Of a stretch of 64,000 bases of DNA, positions 54,363-64,000 are shown one piece after another. Source of the DNA: Amoebidium appalachense. Its lineage: Eukaryota > Protista > Ichthyosporea. Location: NCBI GenBank assembly GCA_963693365.1, contig CAVNZM010000004.1:5396564-5460563 (forward strand), read 5' to 3'. Within the stretch, counting starts at the first letter, position 1. Each line of letters opens with the position of its first letter. The notes below the pieces were generated by a model that ran no database searches, was not told the DNA's origin, and was given only the letters and a program-made list of their open reading frames with translations. A program made the position numbers and the translations under genes.

Positions 54363-55051
54363 TGTGTAAGGCCGGGCATTTGGGGCGTTAATGCTGTTCA
54401 AGATTAGAATTTTTTTTTAGGAGTCAATTTTCACGGGCACAGCCCGGACGGCAGAAAAAATCTGCTCGGCGCAAGCAACATCATTCACACGATTGAACTA
54501 CGATTTTTAGGGTTCTAACAGATGAGTTTTAAGAATACATATGAGCTTGCTGGTAGTAGAGAGACAACTTGATGTCCATACTTAATAAAATAACTCGGGT
54601 TTTTTAAACATTTTAAACGAATTATAGTGGCAGAAATGATCAGAAGGCAATCTGATATACGGTACAATAAATACACAACCAAAGGCGGTGGGTGATCTAT
54701 GGATTCATGGATGCTTACAACTAAACTTTTACTTGGGCCTTCAAGACTTAAAAAGGAACTACAACACACACCCAAAGGCTTTGTTAACCCGTACACACTG
54801 AGGGGCACGGATCAACGCAGTTGCACCTGTATATACATCACCCCCCTCCCCCCCCCCTCCCCCATCTCTCTCGCAAAAGAGCTCGAGTTAAACCTATGGA
54901 TAATATCTTGCGTTTGCGTGCTATATACTTACGTCATTCCGATAGCCTCCCCCCCAAAACACACCCACACCCACCCACACACACACACACACAAACCACC
55001 ATCAACCTCCCCCCCCCCCCCCCCCCCCCCCCCCCCATCATTTTCTCGTAC

Positions 55052-56014
55052 CTACAATACGCTCAGCACAACGGCAGAAAGACCAGGCATAGTCACCGTA
55101 CCATCGCTCACTCTCCCCTCGAACCCGCACTCGGGCGACACTTTAAAGTCACACCCCTTCTCCAGCGTCACCTGCACCGCCTCCTTCGACAGGTTAAAGA
55201 AACACTGGTATCTCTGCGCTCCCGCCTTCCTCTCCACCCCAAGCACGTAATCGGGGACTTCGTCGATTAGGCGCACAGTACCGATGCGGAACGCGGATTC
55301 GTTCTTCCGCCAATTGAGCCATTTTCTCGCGCGGTTTAGCACGGAATGCGGGTCCTTTTCCTGTTCGGAAACAGAGCATGGGTAGTGTTCGGCGGGGACG
55401 GGGAGCCATGATTTTCCGTCAGAGAAGCCGGCGTTTGGTTGGGTGGGGTCCCATGGCATGGGGGTACGGCAGCCATCACGGCCCTTAAACTCGGGCCAGA
55501 AGGCCTTGCCGAAGGGGTCTTGGAGGGCCTCAAAGGGTACCTGCAAGGTGTAAAGAATTAATATCGGATGTTTTTTATTTTTGTTCATTATTTAGTCCTT
55601 TTTTTGGTTGTGGCCGGGTGGGTGGGTGGGTTGGTGGATGTTGAGGGGGGGGGGGTGGGTTAGGTGGGGAGGGGAGAGACATGTGCTTTTTTTTTTTTTT
55701 TTTTTTGGATTGCAGGAGGGGTGGATTAGAAGTGTTTAAGGAAGCTGGTTACTAAAAACGCCTCTATGCATAAAAGGAAAAATGGTGGTAGTGTTGGTGG
55801 TGGTGGTGGATGGGGGGGGGGGGGGGGGGGGGGGGGTGGATGGGAGGGAGGGAGGACAACATCGGGTTATTTTTCATGACCAGATGTATTCCCAAAAAGA
55901 AGAAACGAGGCAAGCCGGGAGAGGGGGTGGGGGGGTGGGGTGGGGTGGGCGAGGGGGGGGGGAGGGAGGGGGAGAAGAGCGAGGGGAGAGAGGAGAGAGA
56001 GAGAGAGGGAGAGA

Positions 56015-56109
<95 letters not shown>

Positions 56110-56704
56110 TGTGTGTGTACGTGCACATATGTGTGAGTGAGAGAAAGAATGCGAGAGGAGAGGGTAGGGGGAGGGGAAGAGAGACAGAAGAGAGCCAATA
56201 CGGGTAGTGGAACACATACATCCGCCTCGAGTAGACCCAATTCCTCCCCCTGGTATAGGAACGCCTGTCCATGCAGGCACCCAGGCAACACAATTGCCAT
56301 CTGTGCCAATCTGCTCATCGCCTCCGGGCCCAGTGGCTCCTCCCCGGGTTTGGGTGTGCTCCAACGTGTCAGGGCACGCATGACGTCATGGTTGCTGGTT
56401 GCAAAGGAGATCTTCTCGGGAGGCATCAGGCGGAGTGACCGGCGGACTACCTGTGGTACAATCAAAAGGCGGGGGGGGGGGGGGGGGGGGGGTTGTTAAT
56501 AAAATGCGTTACAAGAGTACGAAGTACATATTCATGATTGGGAAGGGGGGTGGGTGGGGTTGAGGGTGGGTGGGTGGGTGGGTGGTTGAGGGGGGGTCCA
56601 AGGGCGAGAAGGTTTGTGGGCGTGAAGGGGCACTGAAAGAGGGACTACAAGAAGTGAAATCTGGTTAGGAGGACGGGTGGAGAATAGAAAGGGAAGCAGC
56701 CAGG

Positions 56705-56758
<54 letters not shown>

Positions 56759-56764
56759 GGGGTG

Positions 56765-56799
<35 letters not shown>

Positions 56800-57500
56800 G
56801 GGGAGGGGGAAGGAGGACAAAAGAACAAAAGACTACCGTACCTCTTGAACACGGCCACTCTCAAGGTCGAACACGCCAAGTATGTCGAAGTTGTAGCTGG
56901 TGTGCAGGAGGTTGTCCCCGGCCACAAACCGGGCCGAAATGCTCATGCCGTCCTCCCCACCAATCTCCCCAACCATCATCCTATCCTCGTACTTATCCGT
57001 CAGCGCCCTCAGTTTGTGCAAGAAGTCAAAAACGAGAGGCTGACACAGCTGGCTCACTTCGTTGAGTTGCATTCCAAAGGGCATCTGGCCACCGAGGGTC
57101 TTTCGGGTCGGGTCGTTCATGGCTCGGGCCGGGTTGTCCCTGAGCCACTTGTCGTGGGCCAGTGTGATGATGGCGTCAAGTCGGAAGCCGTCGACTCCCT
57201 CGTCAAGCCAGTACCTGCAACGGAAAAGAAGGGGAGGGAGGTGTGTGTGTGTGTGTGGGGGGGGTATTTGGGGGGGGAGGGGGGAAGGGGTTCAGTATAT
57301 CATTGAGGGGCCACATGACGGATGAGGTAGAGTATTGCTGGTTTGAGCATGGGAGGCAGCAGTAAGTGAAGCGATCCAAAGACATCCCTAATGCTCTAAA
57401 AGCGCACGCGTGCACACACATATGCAAAATTTGGGAGGTGGGGGAAGAAGGGAGGATGGGAGGGGATGGGAGGGTGGTGTGTGTGTGTGTGTGTGTGGGT

Positions 57501-57540
<40 letters not shown>

Positions 57541-58505
57541 GCAACATGCCATTCAAGAAGGGAAAATGCAAGGCAATTGATTGATTGGGAAGAAGCACAG
57601 ATAGCATACTTTCAGTAGAAGAAAAAATAATTATCATTTCCCTGCAGCTAGAATAGGCCCGCTCGCGGAAGGGGTTGGTCAAATAATGTTATATTGGAGT
57701 GGACATGAAACGGTTGGGTCGGTGGGGGTGGAGAGACTGAAGAATTGCTCTAATGGGAGGAGATAAATGGTAGTGGTGGTGACGGCGGCGCCTGTGGTGG
57801 TTGGAGTGGTGGTAGATGTTGGAGAGGGGAGGGGAGATTGTATGTGTGTGGGGGGGGGGGGGAGGGGAGGAGGGGGGGGGGGGGGGGGGGGGAGAAAGAG
57901 AGAGAAAAGAAAACGACGGGGGGGGGGGGGGGGGGGTGGGGAGATGGGGGGGGGGGGAGGGAGGGAGGAAAAAGGGGAAGAGAGGTGGTGTTCAGACGTA
58001 CTTGCACTCATCCAGCACTGCCTCCACGACCTCAGGGTTGTAGTAGTTGAGATTGGGCTGCTCCTTTAAGAAGTGGTGCAAGTAGTACTGGCCCCTACGC
58101 TGCTCCCACGTCCATGCACGGCCCCCAAAATGGCTCAGCCAATTGTTGGGCTCCGTGCCGTCCGGTTTTGGGTCTGCCCACACGTACCAGTCGGCCTTGG
58201 CGTTGGTGCGGTCCTTTCGGCTCTCTGCAAACCATGCGTGCTGGTCGGAGGAGTGGCAAAGGACCATGTCTACTAGGACCTGCATGGGTGGTTGTGTCAG
58301 TACTAGTTCCGATTGATTGTTTGTTAGTTTTTATTTGTTTCAATTGGTGCGTGTGTTTGACCCATGATGGAGATAGTGGGGTGAGGGGCTAGAGAGGGGG
58401 GTGGAGTAAGAACTCTGAGGGGGAAAGGTTGATGAGCAGCGGATATCTTTGGGGCTTTGGTGATTGAGTTGAGGAGGATAGAAGGGGAAGGGTGTGTGTG
58501 TGTGT

Positions 58506-58545
<40 letters not shown>

Positions 58546-58665
58546 CTCAGAGGGGAAGCGAGAGACATGCAGGAGCGTGCCTGCATTTGCATGTGAGAAT
58601 AAGGGTAAACAGGGTAAAGGAGGTGTGTGCATGTATGTGTGTGTTTGTGTGTGTGTGTGTGTGTG

Positions 58666-58724
<59 letters not shown>

Positions 58725-59763
58725 ATAAGCAGGATTGCATGTGTTAGTGAATAATAAACGAAGGCACACTTGAAACATAAACAAAAAACATTAAGCATTG
58801 AACTAAGAGCCAACCAACGTCTCAGGTTCGAAATCTCCTCTTAACCAGTTTGCCTCCCCCCCCCCCCAACGCTACCACACCCACCCACCACCCACCCACC
58901 CACCCCCTTCCCTCCCCAAACAGCCCCTCCTCCCTTCACCCTGCCGGAAGGTCTTTGAGGAGTCTCTCTCGCCCTCCTCCTCCTCCGTCCTGCTCTCTCC
59001 CAGGGGCAAACTCACTCCCCCCCCCCCCCCCCCCCCCCCAACACACCGGAACAATACAGCGGACATAGAATCAATGGAACCGTATACAATATTCTATATG
59101 AAAATACAAACTGCAAGACACCAATCTAACAGGCAGACCTTACCCGGAGCCTCAGCCCTCTCCCACCTCTTCCTCCCCCACAACCACCCCTAGACCTCCC
59201 CCCCTCTCCCCCGGGTCATCCACCTCCTCCCCTTCCCCCCCCTTCTCCCCCTCCCCCCCCCCCCCCCCCCTTCCCCCTTATCCCCCCCCTGCACGTACAC
59301 TTATAATACATCCACACGGGCCTGCACCAGAAACTCTGAAAACATAACACATTGCCGTTCTGCCCAAAAGACCTCCCCCCCACCCCTCCTTAGCACACAC
59401 ACACACCTTGATTCCCCTTTTGTGGGCCTCATCCAGCAGGCGCTTGAAGTCGTCATTTGTGCCAAACATGGGATCCACCTTTCTGTAGTCGGCCACATCG
59501 TACCCAAAATCGGCCTGGGGGGACTTGAAAAACGGAGATATCCACACGGCGTCAACACCCAAGCTCTGGACGTAATCCAGTTTCTTTGTGATGCCCTCCA
59601 GGTCACCAATTCCGTCCCCATTGCTGTCCATAAACGAGCGAGGGTAAATCTGGTACACAACCGACCCATCCCACCATTTGTGCTCGGGTCGACTGGCAGG
59701 TTTTGGGACCGAGTCCGGGTTTGCCGACCCGGCTTGTTGGAGAATGGTTGTTGCGGCTGACAT
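55052..59763 (-). CDS. GH13 alpha-glucosidase / oligo-1,6-glucosidase-like, 575 aa; exons 59407-59763, 58002-58279, 56842-57214, 56220-56450, 55052-55540
   Basis: WWDGSVVYQIYPRSFMDSNGDGIGDLEGI, DFGYDVADY, PNNWLSHFGG.AW, YYLHHFL.EQP.LN. Catalytic triad motifs GVDGFRLDA, VGEI and SNHD; also LYQGEELGL and GRDGCRTPMPW. All splice phases match. Confidence 0.95.
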
Positions 59764-61007
59764 AGTTCGTCGTGGGAAGATTTTGACGCCTCTCAGTGCT
59801 GCAAGGGGAGGCGAAAGAAGGTTAGGTTTTGTGACTGTGGCGTGGGTTGATGAGACGAGAAAAAAGACTTTGGGAGGGGCAAAAAAAAAAAAAAAAAAGG
59901 TCTCAAAACAGGTTCAACTGCACACGGAAGAGAGCCAACGAACAGTCCAAAGTTGAAGAGAACGCAAAAAAACGAGGACCAGAACAGGACAAAGCAGGAC
60001 TCACCTAAACTCCTAGTTAGATTATTCAGCAGCCCGGAAGGCTGGACGACAGAGCGTGTCAACGAAAACATTACAGCTTCGTTACACGCACGGAGATCTA
60101 GCCTGGGATCGGCAAACTAAAAGTCTATGAAGTGCAATTATTCTTACACTTTGATGCGCTTTGCTAAGAGGAGCGAGACAGTATTAGAAAAACAAAAAGT
60201 GATGCAATGTTATGTTGGAAAGTGAGAACAGTACTTGCCTTTTTATACTCGAAACAGTGACGTTCTGGCAAGTTTCCTTCCCGTTTTATGGTGTCGTTTC
60301 TTTGGTGTTTCCGCTTTGTTTGGACCACGAAGGCGGGAAGACTTCTTGCTGGTCAGGCACTTTTTGGGGAGGTTTCTGATTGGTTTATCCGAGCCAACCA
60401 GTGCGCTTCTCGTGAAAAGAGTAAGACTGTGATAACTAGCAAATCAAGTCAAAATAAAGTGAAAGAAGTTACAAAATAACCAAATTAGATAAGATTAAAC
60501 TAATTAAATTAGAGTATAACGATGAGTCTATGTCCGCTTTGAATTCCTTGGATTTTCGTCGACTTGGCGTTGCGCGGTTGCTATATTTGGCAGACAAAGC
60601 CCTGCCCCTGACATCGATACAATACTTATCTTCCATAAACGCGACCAGCTACACATACATACATAGCCTACAAACTAACGTACTCATTTTCTATGCGGGT
60701 GCAGGGGTACTTCTGTGCCAAGCCTATATTTTCTTAATCTGTTGCGAGCATCCGGGCCCTGGTCGTGTTCACGCCATCACGCCAAGTTAGTAGCGTGATC
60801 TGCAATGCTCTTTGAGCTTTTGCAATTTTACATCGGCTGTTCGCTTTAGGGGCAATCATGATTCGCGTACAGAATCGTCGAGTATTTGAATTGACGATTG
60901 GTTAGATCTAATGTGCGACCCCTCTCTATCTGCAGCTGAGGCGCCGGCTGCCAGTGTCCCGTTGAAGGCTTTGAGTCAGCTTGAGTCCCCTCCCCCCCCC
61001 CCCCCCT

Positions 61008-61090
<83 letters not shown>

Positions 61091-61163
61091 GATTGCGATC
61101 GCTTGCTCTCTCTCTCTACCTTAGGCTCTCTCTCTCACAGGCTCTGTCTCTCTCCCTCCCCTT

Positions 61164-61194
<31 letters not shown>

Positions 61195-61338
61195 AGGCTC
61201 CCTCCCTCCTCCCTCTCTCTCCCCCCTCCCCCCGCCCCACCGCGGTCTCCCCCCGGGCCGCCCTACCTCCCCTCCTCCATCTCTCACTCCCTCTTCCCGC
61301 CGTGATCCCCCTCTCCCTCCCCTCCTCTCTGAGCCTCT

Positions 61339-61417
<79 letters not shown>

Positions 61418-61644
61418 CCCTATCTCTCTCTCTCTCTCTGTGTGTGTGTCTTCCTCCTCCATTCCGGATCTTTTGCATCTCCCTCTCTCACAAGTACTCC
61501 CCCTCCCCTCCCCCCCCGGTCTGCCCTCGGGCCTTCCTCCCTCCCTCCCTCCATCTCTCACTCCCTCTTCCCCCCGTGATCCCCCCCCCCCCTCCCCTCC
61601 TCTTGGTCTCTCTCTCTCTCTCCTGAGTCTCCCTCTCCCTCCCT

Positions 61645-61686
<42 letters not shown>

Positions 61687-61889
61687 TCCTCTTTAAAATT
61701 TTCTGGATCCGCGTATGTCTCTGAGACTCCCTCTCCCTCTCTCAATCCCACCCCCTGCCCCGGCCGGCGCCCCGGCACATACAATTTCTAAGTTCAGCTT
61801 TTTCTTTCTCTCTCTTTTTTTCGTTGTGTGTAAATGTGCACGTGCACACGTGAGTGGATATCAGTATGGGTATGTGTGTACATGTGTGT

Positions 61890-61961
<72 letters not shown>

Positions 61962-62582
61962 GTGTGAGGGGAGGAGGGGGGAGGCAACCACACACAAAAC
62001 CACTTCTTTTACATATCAAGCCGAGACATTACCAAAAACAAACGAACGATCGACAGTAGCATTGTTTATTTTTGCTGTTTCATGATGAATAATATAGTAG
62101 GTTGAAAAGTTATTCTAGTCATAACACATTTCTTTCCTAAGAACCGAGAGTATGCATGCGCATGCTGTTTGTGTGTGTGTGTGAGTGTGTGTGTGAGTGT
62201 GTGTGTGAGTGTGTGTGAGTGTGTGTGTGTGTAGGTGTCTTGTGTGTGTTATACGTGATTGTGAGTGAGTGGTGTTCGACACCTGGATTGCATCATACAT
62301 CACTCCATGGCGACAAATCCACAAGACTATTTTATACACAAAAAACTCCCAAACTCTACAAACCTTTTGGGAAAAAACCCAATACAAGACACACACGCAG
62401 GCACATGTTACCATTAGTCTGTCACATTTAAGCCAGAACATACATAGATGACATGTCGAAAGGCTTACACACTTTAAAACCTGAACATCAACCAACCAAA
62501 GTAAATAAAATTTTAACCCTACAACATTGAAATACTGACAGATAAACATTCATGCATTCTATTGTTACATGTGCCCTTTTGT

Positions 62583-62622
<40 letters not shown>

Positions 62623-62685
62623 GCACACACACACACACACTTTTCCTAACCCAGTTTTTTATCATCATACTCTTAAATTCTACTA

Positions 62686-62877
62686 CTATTCTTTATCGAG
62701 CTTAGCAACCAGGTCAAGTAGATGGCGCCTCTCCTTCTCTGCATCCCCCGATTCCTTGCCTCCACCAACATTGTCTGCATATTCTAAAGAAAAAGGATGT
62801 CAGCTGGTTTTTCTTTACCCAACCCCGCCCACCTCTCACACGCAAACACCTCTTCATTTTCACCAGTCACAAATTGG

Positions 62878-62958
<81 letters not shown>

Positions 62959-63087
62959 GTGGGGATGGATTCGAGTTACTTTGATGCGTATGTGTAAAGG
63001 AGTGAGCAAATATCTTGATTTTTCTCTTGACAGCCCTCGTCGGCATGAGGTTACAACCCCCCCCCCCCCCCCATCTCCCCCCCTTGG

Positions 63088-63165
<78 letters not shown>

Positions 63166-63355
63166 CACACATACATTCCCACAAATCATATATCATACAC
63201 TCAGGTGATGATTCCCGCTAATATCAGTGCGCCGTGTACCAGTCCCTATCCTTCATTTCCATTCCCCATTTTCTTCCTTTCTTGGCAAGTGCGTGCGCGT
63301 GGTGGTGGTGGTGGTGATGGTGTGTTCGCGCGCGCGCGCATGTGTGTGTGTGTGT

Positions 63356-63400
<45 letters not shown>

Positions 63401-64000
63401 TCCAACCTTTCAGAACATCAACAACATCATCCAGTGAGCGATTGCTCTGTGACAGTAGCTTCCGTACCCTCCGCGTGATCTGTGAAAAGGGAGTGGGGTT
63501 TTATGTCTAAGCCGGAAATATCAAATTACAGGAATATCTCGACGACAGCCAAAGGTTAAATGAGCGGTGCGCTCAAAGAATACCTATCACCTCCATCTGG
63601 CCCCAGAAGTGATCCATAACAAGACACCAACGAGAAGGTCGAAAAGGCAGGTACATTTGATCGCATACGAATACATGTAAACCACATGTTCACGAGATAA
63701 CCCTCCCAAAATAAAAATACCAACAAATGATCGGAATTTACAGCCACAAATTATATACACATCCTTGGGAAAAGCCATAAGAAACCCTATAATGCTGCCA
63801 AAAGGTATTTATTTCCGACATGTCCGCGAGATAACCCCCAAAAAACACCAACAAACGAGATATATTCCCTTACCGGGGGCACGCCTGCGGTGCATATCTG
63901 GGCCAGAATGTAGTCGACCAGCTGCAGGGAGAACAGGCCGGCATCCAGCCTTCGCAGATAGAACATATCTCGTACGTCATCGTCTATCTCAATCTCCTCC
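62686..64000 (-). CDS. CTNNBL1: Beta-catenin-like protein 1 (spliceosomal Prp19/CDC5L-complex factor), last three exons: 63874->64000 (partial), 63407-63479, 62686-62783
   Basis: Spliced translation EEIEIDDDVRDMFYLRRLDAGLFSLQLVDYILAQICTAGVPP/ITRRVRKLLSQSNRSLDDVVDVLK/EYADNVGGGKESGDAEKERRHLLDLVAKLDKE* matches the characteristic CTNNBL1 C-terminus (FYLRRLDAGLF...KEYAENIG). Not present in the ORF track. Confidence 0.9.

Noticed and set aside
63685-63860. Short degenerate direct repeat (CGAGATAACCC...ACCAACAAA) in a CTNNBL1 intron
   Set aside because: Ordinary local intronic duplication with no further structure.

Overview
Intron-rich eukaryotic genomic DNA. An opisthokont protist such as an ichthyosporean is plausible, but this is inference only. 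Introns and intergenic DNA are packed with poly-G/C, (CA)n, (GA)n and (GCGT)n tracts, so most ORF-track entries are artefacts. Splicing by hand (GT-AG, phases checked) recovers: a 3-exon + strand hypothetical membrane protein; an intronless secreted fasciclin (FAS1) protein plus a decayed partial paralog; a 14-exon secreted protein with a Cys-rich repeat, 2 F-type (fucose) lectin domains, 4 bacterial-adhesin-like CnaB/SdrD-B domains and an EGF domain; a ~15-exon class C-like GPCR whose ectodomain resembles a bacterial ABC-type sugar solute-binding protein rather than a Venus flytrap, plus a broken mosaic paralog; a 5-exon bacterial-looking GH13 alpha-glucosidase; and the 3' end of CTNNBL1. Mobile DNA comprises a TTAA-flanked MITE and a 5'-truncated LINE. 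The most interesting candidate system is a carbohydrate-themed, co-oriented cluster (sugar-SBP GPCR, alpha-glucosidase, fucose-lectin adhesin) built partly from bacterial-type modules. All family calls rest on motif recognition by eye; no database search was run.
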